Positions 13,594 through 27,699 of a stretch of DNA of 64,000 nucleotides are shown here, in pieces (the stretch's first letter is position 1; every line of letters starts with the position of its first letter). The stretch is taken from contig NC_134468.1 of NCBI RefSeq assembly GCF_964194025.1, positions 47,616,001 to 47,680,000 on the forward strand, given 5' to 3'. The stretch comes from Convolutriloba macropyga. Lineage: Eukaryota. The notes beneath the pieces were generated by a model that was not told the origin of the DNA, searched no databases, and saw only the letters and a list, made by a program, of their open reading frames with translations. Both the position numbers and the translations under genes were made by a program.

Positions 13594-14422
13594 ATCCCCA
13601 GTTGAGACGTCGAATTATGAAAAGACCGTGGTCGACAAATATTTGGTATAGAAAGACAGTGGTCGACCGATGTTGGGTATGAAATGGTTTTATGTTGACG
13701 CTAGTAGTCTTGGTCGACTTTATGTCTGCCCTTATGGTCATGGTCAACTTTAGGTCAACCCTAATGGACATGGTTGACTTTAGGTCGACCGATACGGTCA
13801 TGGTCGACTTTAGGTCAACCGATATGGCAATGATCGACTTTGAGTTTTGACAAATACGTTTTTGCATATAATGTAGTTTCAGGTGTTAATTAATTTACTT
13901 CTGTTTGCAAAAACTTGTAGCCAAAGACAAAAAATATATTTTTTTCTAAAAAATTTTTCGAGCCAACATATTGTCCTTCTATTTCATATCATTGACATGT
14001 TTCTATTGCAATTGATGCTATCTTTGTACATACGGGGTACTCAACACTCAGTATAAAGTACCCATGAACCCCTAAAATCTTTGTACATACGGGGTACTCA
14101 ACACTCAGTTTAAAGTACCCATGAACCCCTAAAATTGCACCAAGCATTTGTTAAAAGAGACCTGTGAGCAGACTTAAGGTCGACCGTATTGGATATGAAA
14201 AGACCATTGGTCGAGTTATGAAAAGAGTTTAAATCGACGATATCGGATATTGACAGACTATTGGTCGACCAATATTGGATATGAAAAGACCATTGGCCGA
14301 CATATGAAAAGACTTTAGTTCAAAGATCACTAAGGAAGTCGATCATGTATTTAAGGTAGGGAAATTACCCTTCATGTCGACTTTATAAGTTTTTTCATAA
14401 AGTCGACCCCTCAATTGGGGAT
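13594..14422. mobile_element. Foldback/MITE-like element with terminal inverted repeats and internal GTCGAC-rich subrepeats
   Basis: Left end atccccagttgagacgtcgaattatgaaaa matches the reverse complement of the right end (atccccaattgaggggtcgactttatgaaaa). ~30-bp ggtcatggtcgactttaggtcaacc units lie inside, plus a 57-bp tandem duplication at 14020-14133. Confidence 0.7.
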
Positions 14423-14439
14423 CAATAAACTCCCCAAAG

Positions 14440-14890
14440 TCCTAGCAGACAAAGATTACGCTGACCATTTGCAGTTCATTCGGCAAAATCAGAAGACGCT
14501 CGACAGAAGTACGCAGAAATGAAATGCCTGTAGTCGAAAAAATGCGATTCAACAAAACTAAACTATAATCAAAAAGTCTTAACTACTCAGCCTCAAAAGC
14601 GACTTGCCGACCAGCCTCATAGGTGATTTCAATTTTTATGGACCTAAATCCGTGGTTATTCGCAAACAATCTCAAACTTATGCTTATTGATTCAATTATT
14701 TGCTAGCATGATCATACTAGACTTCATTTTTGGAAAATTTCCAATGGAATGAAAAACCTCAAAATGTTGACTACCAAAAAGATGCTGATTGTTAAATAAA
14801 ACTATCAAAAAAATGTTTATAAACTTTCAGTATTTTAATTGGATTTTACCTCAGCGTTCGATACGGTTCCTCATGACATTCTGTAGATCA
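14440..14890 (+). mobile_element. Fragments of a CR1/L2-like LINE
   Basis: ..LIGDFNF (APE-like) near 14620 and LDFTSAFDTVPHDIL (RT motif 3) near 14840, similar to 5920-5960. Confidence 0.55.
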
Positions 14891-15112
14891 TTATTTTGTA
14901 ATTGGACTTTTCTCCCCACTCCATTCAAATTTGTCATAGCCTAATTGTTGTGATACAACTATTAAGCGATTTCATATAATCCAGGACAACTACTAGTGAT
15001 GCGATCAACCGCGTGGCTTCAAGAACCAAGTCAACTTCTCGATACTATCCAAGCGTGGAAGAACTGCTTGTAGTGATGAACAATGATGCTGATTACAAGG
15101 TTCTCACTGGGA

Positions 15113-15378
15113 ACATAACCGACTAACGTCGGGCGAACAGCTCTCAAATGCCCGGCAAGCGGTTTGCTCCTTCAGTAAGTAGGCGTTGTTTAGTGAGGCT
15201 AGCTTTAGCCTAATTGAAGCAGCGTGAGGTGAGCCGAGCTAGGGGGCACGGTGGGTGAGGGGATCTTTGGCTGCACCGAGACCTTACGGCCTGAACGATA
15301 TTCAGGTGTGGGTATTGGGCGGGGGGCTGATGTAAATTGCGGCGGGTTGGGTTTGGGTTGGGCGGGGGTGGCTTGTGA
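15113..15378 (+). repeat. Dispersed short G-rich repeat with head aacataaccgactaacgtc
   Basis: The G-rich part recurs at 17060-17227 and 21405-21562. The head recurs on the minus strand near 57640, 59500 and 62710. Confidence 0.7.
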
Positions 15379-18300
15379 TCAATTTCTAAGAAGCGCCCTA
15401 GGCAACATAAGTATAATCTCCAAAACAATTTCTATTAATCGCAAACTTCGAACCAGTGCGCTGAAAGACTCTAATGGAAAATAATGCACACTGTGTGCTA
15501 TCCTCCATTTATCGCTTTTCTGAGGACGAAAAGTGAAATTGGTCAGACGAGAACTCGGCCAAGCGAAAAACATCATGAAAACAGACCAACAGGACTATCT
15601 TTTTTTACAAATTTTGTTTGAGATAAAGTAACAGTGATTTCCTAAAGGGGTAGTTATCTCAATTATGCTTTAAAAACTTATTTTCATGCATCTTACAATG
15701 ATACAGTGTTAATTAGAGTAACAGATGATGACATCACGCCATATAAAAGCGGCTGAAGTGCCACATCAACAAAAGAGTTAAAGAAAAAGAGAGAGAGAGA
15801 GAGATAGAATCTAGGAGATAGAAAAAGTGAACGCAAAAGAGACGGGAAGCAACTCCCAACAACACAAAGAGAAGTAGAGCTAGGAATAGTTTCCATGATG
15901 AAGTTGGATTTTGCGACTTTAGTTTTCTATCATTGTTAGTGATTAAATCATATAAAAAAACTGAAAAAAGTAAAATTAAAAAAAGTCCGTTGTGAAAAAA
16001 ATGTTCGGAAACAAATTTTGTCTCTGGAGTTCTGACACGTAACCCATCTGCAAGACCGCAAAATTTTCGCTGGCCAGTAATGATTGTTAAACACAGTTCA
16101 AACAATCAATTTTAAAATATTTGCAAATTCTAACAAAAATTTGCTGAAATTCGTGATATTTATATTTTTGGAACCATATAATTGCCTCAAGAGACTATCC
16201 AGTATCCTTATTTCAAGCCATAAAATGTTTCACTGGCTCAATGATCTATAATGTTGGAACTTGACAATAATTTTCCGAAAATTTGAGAAAATAACTAAAG
16301 TCTATCAAATTTTTGCTAACGCTTGAAATATTGATAATCATTCCAGAAACTCTAGAAACTATGCAAGAGATCCTTATAAAACTTTGGAAGTGATACATGG
16401 GCTCCTGGTGCCTGAAAATTCAGAAACATTTGAAAAAAATTTGAAAGAAATGCAAATAAATTAAAAGATAATTGCTTAAATTTGTGATATTAAAGTCTTG
16501 AATTACATTCCATTACACCTAGCCATGCCCACTATACTGTAACTTGTTATCAAAACAGAGCGGAGGATTGTTGGCTGTTTAGGTTGCAGAAAACTAAAAT
16601 ATGGCACAAATCTACTCAAAAAGAAAGTTAAATCATAAATGAAAAAGAAGGTTATATCATAAATGCTAAAATTTGCGGTTAATCATCCGATGCACTTCAA
16701 CAAAACTCGTTGCTGAGAACGAAAACTTGTTCATTATTTGGGATTTCTTCCACAAAAACGAAGAGCACGATGGAATAATTTATAAAGAAATGTTTATTGG
16801 AGAAAAAACTTCACAAAAAACAAAACCGGACCAACAATTTGTCGACTATTTTGAAAAAAAATTTTGTTGAGAAGGTACAATTTGATGGCTTATCACTTAC
16901 GATCACCGCTGTTTTTCAGCTCTTAATTCTCGCACGCCTGAGAACTTTAAATTGGGAGTCTGTGATCAAAGCGCTAAAGAGGCGACTGCAAAATTCAAAA
17001 GGTCAATTCGACAATCTTTTCTTTGAAGCAAAACGGCAAAAAAACGAAATTTTAGCCTGATTGAAAGGGCGTGAGGTGAGCGGAACGAGGGGGCGCCGTG
17101 GGTGTGGGGATCACTGGCTGCATCGAGACCTTACGGCCTGAACGATATTGAGGTGTGGGTATTGCTCGGGGGGCTGATGTGAATTGCCGCGGGTTGGGTT
17201 AGTGGTTGGGTGGGGATGGCTTGTGATCAATTTCTAAGAAGCGCCCTTGGCAACATATGTATTATCTCCAAAACACTTTCTGTTAATCGCAAACTTCGAA
17301 CCAGTGCGCTGAAAGACTCTAAGGGAAAATAATGCACAGTGTGTGCTATCCTCCATTTATCGCTTTTCTGAGGACGAAAAGTGAAATTGGTCAGACGAGA
17401 ACTCGGCCAAGCGAAAAACATCATGAAAACAGACCAACAGGACTATCTTTTTTTACAAATTTTGTTTGAGATAAAGTAACAGTGATTTCCTAAAGGGGTA
17501 GTTATCTCAATTATGCTTTAAAAACTTATTTTCGTGCATTTTACTATAATACAGCGTTAATTAGAGTAACAGATGATGACATCACGCCACATGAAAGCGG
17601 CTGAAGCGCAACAACAACAAAAGAGTTAAGGAAAAAGAGAGAGAGAGAGAGAGAGATAGAGTCTGGGAGATAGAAAAAGTAAACGCGACAGAGACGCGAA
17701 AGCAACCCCCAACAGAGAGGGAGAACTATGAAAAATTTCCATGATGAGGTTGCATTTTGCAACTTCAGTTTTCTGTCCTTTTTAGTGCTTAAGTCATATA
17801 GAAAAAAAACTGAAATGTGTAAAGTTAAAAAATTCCAGATTTTGTTGTGAAAAAAATGTTCAGAAACAATTTTTGTCTCTGGAGTTCTGATACGTAGCCC
17901 ATCTGCAAGACCTCAAAACTTTCGCTGGCCAGTAGTGATTGTTAAAATCAGTTTAAACAATCATGTTCAAAATATTTGCAAACTCTAACAAATATTTGCT
18001 GCAATTCGTGACTTTTATATCTTCGGAACAATATAATTGCCTCATGAGACTATCCAGTATCCTTATTTCAAGCCCTAAAATGTCTCACTGGCTCAAAGAT
18101 CCATAAAATTGGAACTTGATAATAATTTCCCAAAAATTGTTAAAAGAAAGTAAATTCTATCAAAAAATTGCTAATGCTAGAGTTATTGATAACCATTCCA
18201 GTAACTCTAGAAACAATGCGGGAGATCCTTATCAAACCATAGAGGAGATCCCTAGGCCGCTGGTGCCTGAAATTTAGAAAATTTTTAAACAATCGAAAAT

Positions 18301-21300
18301 TTTAAAGAATTGCTGATAATTTAAAAGAAAATTGCTTAAAAGTGATATTAAAATCTTGAACTACATTCCATTAGACCTAGCAATGCCCACTATGCTGTAA
18401 CCTATTATCAAAACATAGCGGAGGTTCCTTGGCTTTTTAGGCTGCATGAACCTGAGAAATGACCCAAGTATTCTCAAAAAACTTGAAAAAGCAATTTTTA
18501 TCAAAAATGCTAAAATTTGCGGCTCACTATCCGATGAGTTTCAAGAAAAGTCATTGCCGAACAACGAAATCCTATTCAATAATATTTGGGATTTCACCCC
18601 CAAAAACGAAGATCACGATGAAAAAATTCATTAAAAAATGTTTATTGGAGAACAAACGTCATTGTGCTCAACAAAAACAATCTACATCAAACATTTATCG
18701 ACTACTTTGACTAAAACTTTTGTCGAGAAGGCACAATTTGATGGCTTATCATTTACGATTACAGCAATTTTTCAGCTCTTAATTCCCGCACGCGTCAAAA
18801 CTTTAAATTGTGGGTCTGTGATCAAAACGCTTACTAGGCGACCTCAAATTTCGAAAGGTCACCTAGACATCCTTTTCTTTGTAAAAAAACTGCAGAAAAA
18901 TGAACGTCCTAAGAAGAAATTCTGGCGGAAAGGAAGAAGGTCTGAAACAATTCATCCAACAAGCCTACTGAAACAGAAAGAATATCGACTGCAATTAAAA
19001 TTCTAACAGCAGAGCTCTCCCCAGGAATCTTCGCGCCGAATGATATAATCAATGAAAAACTCTACTTGAGTTAATCCATGAAAAACCCTCTCAAGCCAAT
19101 CTAAGCTATTTATTTAACCCCATGGATTCATTTCCATTTTGCACCACCCCTATATACTTAAAAAATTCAGTAAGACGGCAGTTCCAAAAGCGGGCAAGAA
19201 AATCCATGGCAGCCACAGTCCGTCAGTTTCAGACGCAAAAGATAGAAGAGCAAAATCTGAATAATTTCAGAGAGAACTGAAACAATAGTGTGAAAACGTA
19301 AACCAAATTGTTATCGGGATAGCTAGCAAAAGTTCCTGATATATAAATGGCAGCATATAACTTTTGTGGTCTCATACCATTCAAGAAAAACCCTGGAGTC
19401 AGAACAATTGCCGTTGGAGAAGTCTTGCGCTATGTTTTTGAGAGGTGTGTTATGAATCGCTTTTAAAGTGACTTGCTGTTCCTTGGAGGAACTATCCAGC
19501 TCTGCTTAGGCAAGAAATGTTTAAATAAATGTGCTAGTTTTTCTATGTATTATGCTTATGGTTCACGCAAAAATGAAGCAGTACTCCTAGTAGACGGCAA
19601 AAAAGCATTCAATTGGTCAATCAAAGACAAGTTTTTGAAAAAAATTTGCCCTGATTTCTGTTATATTGCACAAAACTTGTACAGAGACCCCTGCGATCTG
19701 TGTAAAGCCATCACTCGCTAGCAGCCCCAAGAATCCACCAGCCAGGGAGATCTTTTTGCATTGGCAAAGTATGATATACAATTACTCACATTGATTGACA
19801 TCATGCAAAACTAGAAAAAAGCATAAAAACTGCGCAGACAATGGCAGTCCGGTAGGAAGCTTATAGAAGCTGCAGAAATTGTTCATGGATTAATCCAGTC
19901 ATGGTAAGCCTATTCGATTCCTAGAATATGCTTCAAACTGCCAACTGATTGTAAAGGAGCACAAAAATCCAGATGTCTTGAATTTTTACAGCAAAATTTG
20001 TCGACATTGTAGACCGCTGCAGTGTTTATGGATCAGTTCTTGGCGGTGAAGATTCACCTGGAACCCTCTCAGCGTTAATAATTTTTTCCGAGCAATTGGA
20101 CGAAAAAATTGGGAAGTGCAACAATCATTTCTGCAAAACCGTTAGTCATGTTTAACGTGAAGTTTTCATTAACAATTTGTTTTTCTTGCTCAAAGAATTG
20201 CTAACACTCAGATTTTCTTCTTGGATGCAGGCAAAAATATGCAAAAAATTTTAGTAAACATGGTTTTGCGGCTCGCCCGTCACCGACAATGCACGCCAAT
20301 TTTATTCGCCAACTCAACATCAGGGAGCCAATGGAATAAAACACTAACTACACTAAGTCAGGCGCTGCTGTCAAGCCCATTGGAAAGAAAAGATCGCCCA
20401 TTTTTGCCTCATAGGGGATAAGATTACACAGAACAGACGCGACTCTACATTTTACTTAAGAGTGTGAAAGCTTGCAAAACAGTTATTATTTGAGGGCTAC
20501 GTGAAAACAAATGTCGGTTTGGCATCAAAAATAGAGCCTCGAACTGGAATATTGCTTTCAAAGTGAAGTGGTACGGTTCAACGTTGAGATTGGTACGGTT
20601 CAATGGGATTTCCGCAACCTCTTTGTGCAATCGGTACAATCTCAAAGGAAAAAGACCTATGTAACGCCCTTGAGGGGAAAATTTACACTAACCCATGTTT
20701 TCTACTGTACAAAAGGACTTAGAAGCCTAACTACAAATTTAGAGATATTCGCGAAATTAAGGCATGACGTTATATATATTATCAAAATTGAGCCATCACA
20801 TCAGTTATTAGAAGACAAAATCTTTCACAACAAATCTAACAGCAGTGATATTAACGCTCACTGATCAAAGCAAACATCTTGTACGTGTACAGATTCAGCA
20901 GTTTGTTCTTCGACATGAGAAAAATTATTTTGTTGGCTAAGTCTTGGTCAAATAAGATAAAGAGGAATAAGATAGCACGAAGCATTTAAAGATTTAAATA
21001 ACGACATTTTTTGGAAATTGAAAAATGGAATTCTGTTCGGTTCTCGTTTAGCTGCGCGAAAGGCGCATGGTGCTTTGCAATGGCACTATATAGCAACTAC
21101 TAACAGAAACAAAGAGCACGATGGAATAATTCATAAAGAAATGTTTATTGGAGAAAAAACTTCATAAAAAACAAAACCGGACCAAAAATTTGTCGACTAT
21201 TTAAAAAAAATTTTGTTGCGAAGGCACAATTTGATGGCTTATCACTTACGATCACCGCTGTTTTTCAGCTCTTAATTCTCGCACGCCTGAGAACTTTAAA

Positions 21301-21965
21301 TTGGAAGTCTGTGATCAAAGCGCTAACTAGGCGACTGCAAAACTCAAAAGGTCAACTCGAAAAACTTTTCTTTGAAGCAAAACGGCAAAAAAAACGAAAT
21401 TTTAGCCTGAGGTGAGCGGAACGAGGGGGCGCGGTGGGTGTGGGGATCTTTTGCTGCATCATGACCTTACAGCCTGAACGATATTCAGGTGTGGGTATTG
21501 CTCGGGGGGCTGATGTGAACTGCCGCGGGTTGGGTTAGTGGTTGGGTGGGGATGGATTGTGATCAATTTTTAAGAAGCGCCCTTGGCAACATAAGTATTA
21601 TCTCCAAAACACTTTCTGTTAATTGCATACTTCGAACTAGTGCGCTGAAAGGCTCTAAAGGAAATTAATGCACAGTGTGTGCTAATCATTTATAGCTTTT
21701 CTGAGGACGAAAAATCAAATTGGTCAGAAGAAAACTCGCCCACGCAAAAAACTGCGTGGAAATAAACCAATAGGACTATTCATTTTTACAAATTTGCTTG
21801 AGATCAATTAACAATGACTTCTTAAAAAAAGCTAGCTATCTCAATTATGATTAAAAAACTTATTTTCGTGCATTTTACTATAATACAGTGTTAATTAGAG
21901 TAACAGATGATGACATCACGCCACATAAAAGCGGCTGAAGCGCAACAACAACAAAAGAGTTAAGG

Positions 21966-22009
<44 letters not shown>

Positions 22010-24560
22010 TCTGGGAGATAGAAAAAGTAAACGCGAAAGAGACGCAAAAGCAACCCCCAACAGGGAAGAAGAACTAGGAATATTTTCCATGATGAGGTTT
22101 GATTTTGCAACTTCAGTGTTCTATCCTTTTTAGTGCTTAAATCATAAAGAAAAAAAAACTGAAATTTGTAAAATTAAAAAAAATTCCAGATTGTGTTGTA
22201 AAAAAAATGTCCAGAAACAATTTTTTGTCTCTGGAGTTCTGATACGTATCCCATCTGCAAGACCTCAAAACTTTCGCTGGCCAGTAATGATTGTTAAACT
22301 CAGTCTAAACAATCATGTTCAAAATATTTGCAAATTCTAACAGAAATTTGCTGAAATTCGTGACTTTTATATCTTCGGAACCATAAAATTGCCTCATGAG
22401 ACTATCCAGTATCCTTATTTCAAGCCCTAAAATGTCTCACTGGCTCAAAGATCCATAAAATTGGAACTTGATAATAATTTTCCGAAAGTTTCGAAAAGAA
22501 AGTAAATTCTATCAAAAATTTGCTAATGCTAGAGTTATTGACAACCATTCCAGTAACTCTAGAAATAATGCGGGAGATCCTTATCAAACCATAGAGGAGA
22601 TCCGTAGGCCACTGGTGCCTGAAATTTAGAAAACTCATAAACAATCGAAAATTTTAAAGAATTGCTGATAATTTAAAAGAAAATTGCTTAAAAGTGATAT
22701 TAAAATCTTGAACTACATTCCATTAGACCTAGCAATGCCCACTATGCTGTAACCTATTATCAAAACATAGCGGAGGTTCCTTGGCTTTTTAGGCTGCATG
22801 AACCTGAGAAATGACCCAAGTATTCTCAAAAAACTTGAAAAAGCAATTTTTATCAAAAATGCTAAAATTTGCGGCTCACTATCCGATGAGTTTCAAGAAA
22901 AGTCATTGCCGAACAACGAAATCCTATTCAATAATATTTGGGATTTCACCCCCAAAAACGAAGATCACGATGAAAAAATTCATTAAAAAATGTTTATTGG
23001 AGAACAAACGTCATTGTGCTCAACAAAAACAATCTACATCAAACATTTATCGACTACTTTGACTAAAACTTTTGTCGAGAAGGCACAATTTGATGGCTTA
23101 TCATTTACGATTACAGCAATTTTTCAGCTCTTAATTCCCGCACGCGTCAAAACTTTAAATTGTGGGTCTGTGATCAAAACGCTTACTAGGCGACCTCAAA
23201 TTTCGAAAGGTCACCTAGACATCCTTTTCTTTGTAAAAAAACTGCAGAAAAATGAACGTCCTAAGAAGAAATTCTGGCGGAAAGGAAGAAGGTCTGAAAC
23301 AATTCATCCAACAAGCCTACTGAAACAGAAAGAATATCGACTGCAATTAAAATTCTAACAGCAGAGCTCTCCCCAGGAATCTTCGCGCCGAATGATATAA
23401 TCAATGAAAAACTCTACTTGAGTTAATCCATGAAAAACCCTCTCAAGCCAATCTAAGCTATTTATTTAACCCCATGGATTCATTTCCATTTTGCACCACC
23501 CCTATATACTTAAAAAATTCAGTAAGACGGCAGTTCCAAAAGCGGGCAAGAAAATCCATGGCAGCCACAGTCCGTCAGTTTCAGACGCAAAAGATAGAAG
23601 AGCAAAATCTGAATAATTTCAGAGAGAACTGAAACAATAGTGTGAAAACGTAAACCAAATTGTTATCGGGATAGCTAGCAAAAGTTCCTGATATATAAAT
23701 GGCAGCATATAACTTTTGTGGTCTCATACCATTCAAGAAAAACCCTGGAGTCAGAACAATTGCCGTTGGAGAAGTCTTGCGCTATGTTTTTGAGAGGTGT
23801 GTTATGAATCGCTTTTGAAAATTAATCAAAGACTAGTTTTTGAAAAAAAGTCTGCCCTGATTTCTGTTATATTGCACAAAACTCATTTGGGATAAGATTA
23901 GATAAGACAAACGCAATGCTGCACTTGACTTAAAGATTTAAAGCTTGGACAACAGATCTTTTTTGCGAGCTACTCAAAAACAAATGTCATTTTGGCATTG
24001 AAAAAAAAGAGCCTCGAAGTAGATTATTGCCTTCAAAGTGAAGTGGTACGGTTCAACGTTGAGAAAATGGGATTTCCGTGACCTTTTTGTGCAATGGGTA
24101 CAATCTCAAAAGAAAAAGACCTATGTAACGCCCTTGAGGGGAAAATATACAGTAACCCATGTTTTCTACTGTACAAAGGGACTTAGAAGCTGCACGACAA
24201 ATTTAGAGACATTCGCGAAATTAATGCATAACGTTATATATGATATCAAAATTGAGCCATCACATCAGTTATTAGAAGACAAAATCTTTCACAACAAATC
24301 TAACATCGTGATATTAACGCTCACTGATCAAAGCAAACATCTTGTACGTGTACAGATTCAGCAGTTTGTTCTTCGACATGGGAAAAATAAATTTGTCGGC
24401 TAAGTCTTGGTCAAATAAGATAAAGAGGAATAAGATAGCAAGAAGCATTTAAAAATTTAAATAAAAAAATTTTTTGGAAACTGATAAAAAGATTTTTGTT
24501 CGGTTCTCGTTTAGCTGCGTGAAAAGCGCATGGTGCTTTGCAATGGCACTATATAGCAAC
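15210..24560 (+). repeat. Nested local tandem duplications (~1.85-kb and ~4.35-kb periods), each with a (GA)n microsatellite and CRE fragments
   Basis: Identical ORFs at 18446/22798, 18459/22811 and 18638/22990 (offset 4352). Near-identical ORFs at 15379/17227 (offset 1848). (GA)n at ~15790, 17638, 21971. Confidence 0.9.
18600..21100 (+). mobile_element. Decayed CRE-clade retrotransposon copy
   Basis: ITAIFQLLI, KKNPGVRTIAVGEVLR, EAVLLVDGKKAFN, QGDL, IEPSHQLLEDKIFHNKS. Confidence 0.8.
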
Positions 24561-24738
24561 TACTAACAAAAAAATACACATAATTGGTTGCAATAATTCC
24601 CATTCGGACAACAATAAATATGCACTCCTGCGCAACGAAATCTTCTGTCTCAGAGGCTGCCGTGCTACTAAAAGTGTTTCAATGGTTAATAATACCTATA
24701 GTGTTCTTTGTGGGAGAGGAGGTTATACACCAAGTTAG
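22950..24738 (+). mobile_element. Decayed, internally deleted CRE-clade retrotransposon copy
   Basis: Duplicate of the 18600 copy with the RT middle deleted near 23815-23885. Ends in YALLRNEIFCLRGCR. Confidence 0.8.
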
Positions 24739-24899
24739 TTGTGATTTTTCAACAATTTGATGCGGCTCCTGAAGTCTAGCATTGTGCAATAAGTTCAAAC
24801 CATAATTCACTAAATTTAAATTTGCTGCTGTGATGTTTCATTGAGGGGTTAACTGTTCGTCAATTGATTTGGTTTTATTTTCCCATAAAAGAATTGAGT

Positions 24900-27525
24900 A
24901 CCAAAACACTTACGTGCCAAAAGTCAGCAATGCCATTAGTAATGACTTAGCCAGAAGTCCATTTCCGTTCCAACTTTTTAACGTTCGCGTTTGTTTTGTG
25001 TTTTAAGCATTGCTATGCGACTCATTGTCACACGAACCGCTTCTCGTCACACGAATTGCTTTTTGTCACACGAACCGCTTCAGTTTTCTCCAAAAACGTC
25101 AAAAAGTCTCTGTGACTTCAAGCAAAGCGGGACCAAAACTTTGTCGACTGTTTGGAGGCAAATCCAAGCGAGACAAACGGTGTAAAAGAAAATCCATCGG
25201 ATTGGAGAATGATCTGAAACAATTTAACAAGTTCACACAAACAGGATTAATGTCGAACGCTATTAAAAGCCTAAAAGCAGAGCTCTCCTCATGAATCTTC
25301 TCGCCAAAGGAAACAATCAAATGGAAAAATTGTACATGAATTTTTCTATGAAAAACACCCACAACACTCTCAAGCCACTCTAAACTATTTTTAGCCCATT
25401 TATTATTTTCCATTCCAAACCACGCCTTTATACTTGAAAACTCGATTAAGGCGGCAATTCTCAAAGCGGCCTTGAAGAACCATGGCAGCCATGGTTCATC
25501 ATTTTCAAACGCAAAGTAAAAAAGGAGAAATCTGAATGGCTGGAAAGAGAACTCAGTCATTATTGTGAAAATGAAAGCGGAATTGTTATCGTATTAGACA
25601 GCGAAAAAAACATTTGATAAATAGTTGGCAGCGGATAATGTTTTTGTTCTCATACCACTCAACACAAACCCTGGTGTAAAACTATTTGGCCTTGGAGAAT
25701 ACTTGCGCCATGTTTTTGAGATCTTTTTTTATGAAGCACATTTAAAGTGACTTGCTGTTCCTTAGAGGACTTAGCCAGCTCTGCTTAGGCCAAAAATTTG
25801 GCAATGAATTTGCTATATATTCAATGTGTTGTGCGTATGATTATATCAATTATGAAGCAGTACTTTTTATATGATTTTCAAAAGAAATAGTGCATTCAAT
25901 TGCTGAATCAACATCTCAACTGGCTTCTGAACATTTAAAAAGATTTTGCCCTGATTTCTGCTATACTGCTCAAAATTCCTACACATTCCAATGCAACCTG
26001 TGTGTAGCTGGCAACGTATGGTATAGAAATACTCACATTGATTGACACCATGCAAAACTAAAAGCAAACGCAAAAACGGAGCACGGACAATGTCAGTCTG
26101 GTAGGGGGGTTAAAGAACCTGCTGAAGCTGTTCAAAGATTCTTTCGGTCATGATAAGGTTAATCGAAACCTTGAAGATGCTTCGAAAAACCAATTGATTG
26201 TAAAGGAGCACAAAAAAATCCAGATGACTTAAATTTTCAGAGCCAAACTTGTCGCTAATGTAGATCGCTGCAATATTTTTGGATCAGTTTTTGGCGGTGA
26301 AGGTTCACCTGGATTCTTCTCAGCGTTAACAATTTTTTCCGAGCTGTTTCAGAAAATTGGAAAGTGCAAGAATCATTTCTGCAAAACCGTTAGTCATGTT
26401 TAACGTGAGGTTTTCATTAACAATTTGTTTTTCTTGCTCGAACAATTGCTAACACTCAGAAATTTTTTCTTGGATGCAGGGAAAAATATGCAAAAATTTT
26501 AGTAAACATCGTTTTGCGGCTCGCCCGTCACCGACAATGCATGCCAATTTTATTCGCCGCCAACTCAACATCAGGGAGACAACGGAATAAAACACTAACT
26601 AACCAGAGTCAGGCGCTGCAGAAAAGCTCATTGGAAAGAAGCTATCAACCATTTTTGCCTCATAGGGGATAAGATTACACAAGACAAACGCAACGCTGCA
26701 CTTTACTTAAAAGTATGAAAGCTTGCAAAACTGATATTATTTTGTGAGTTAGGTGAAAACACATGTCAGTTTTGCAACTGAATAAGGAGCCTCGGACTGG
26801 ATTATTGCCTTGAAAATGAAGGGGTACGGTTTTATTTTGAGAAAATGGGATTTACGCAACCTTTTTGTGCATTCGGTGCAATCTCAAAAAAGAAACCTAT
26901 CTAACGGCCTTGAGGGGACAAAATTACTCTACCCATGCTCTCCACTCGGCAGAGGGACTTAGAAGCTGCACTATAAATTTAGAGACACGTTCGCCATATT
27001 AATGCATGATGTTTTCTCTTATATTGAATTTCAGCCATCACTTCAGTTATTAGAAGACGAAATCTTTCACAACAAATCTAACAGTAGAAAAATTAACGCT
27101 GACTGATCAAAGCAAACAACTTGTACGTGTACAGATTCAACAGTGTGTTCTTCAACATGAGAAAACTTAATTTGTTGGCTAAGTCATGGTCAAATAAGAT
27201 AAAGAGGAAAGGAAATAACGTGAGGCATTTAAAAACTTAAAAAATAACATTTTTTGGAAAATGAAAAATGGAATTCTGTTTGGCTCCTGTTTAGCTGGGT
27301 GAAGAGTGCATGGTGCCCGGCACTATATAGCAACTAGCAACAAAATTATTGGAAAGAAAAGGGCACACATAATTGGATGCAATAATTTTCATTAGGACAG
27401 CGATGACTTTGCACTCCTACGCAGCGAAATCTTCTGTCTCAGAGGCTGCCGTGTTACCAAAAGTGTTACCGTGGTTGATAAAAGCTGTAGTGTTCTTTGT
27501 GGGAGAGGAGGTTAGACACCAAATT
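24900..27525 (+). mobile_element. Decayed CRE-clade retrotransposon copy
   Basis: KQFNKFTQTGLMSNAIKSL, NHGSHGSS, NPGV..GEYLR, ..LLRSEIFCLRGCR. Confidence 0.8.
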
Positions 27526-27699
27526 AGTAGTGATTTTTCAACCGTTTGATGCGGCTCCTGAAGTCATTATAGCATTGTGCTGTAAGTTTAAAATACAATG
27601 AGCTAAAATTAAATCTGCTGCTGTGATAATTCATTGAGGGTTAGCTGTTCATCAATTGGGTTGGTTGTACTTTCCCATAAAAAATTGAGTATCAAAAAA

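Noticed and set aside
12045-13850. CRISPR-like appearance of short regularly spaced repeats
   Set aside because: The repeats are degenerate, the spacers are not unique, there are no cas genes, and the context is eukaryotic.
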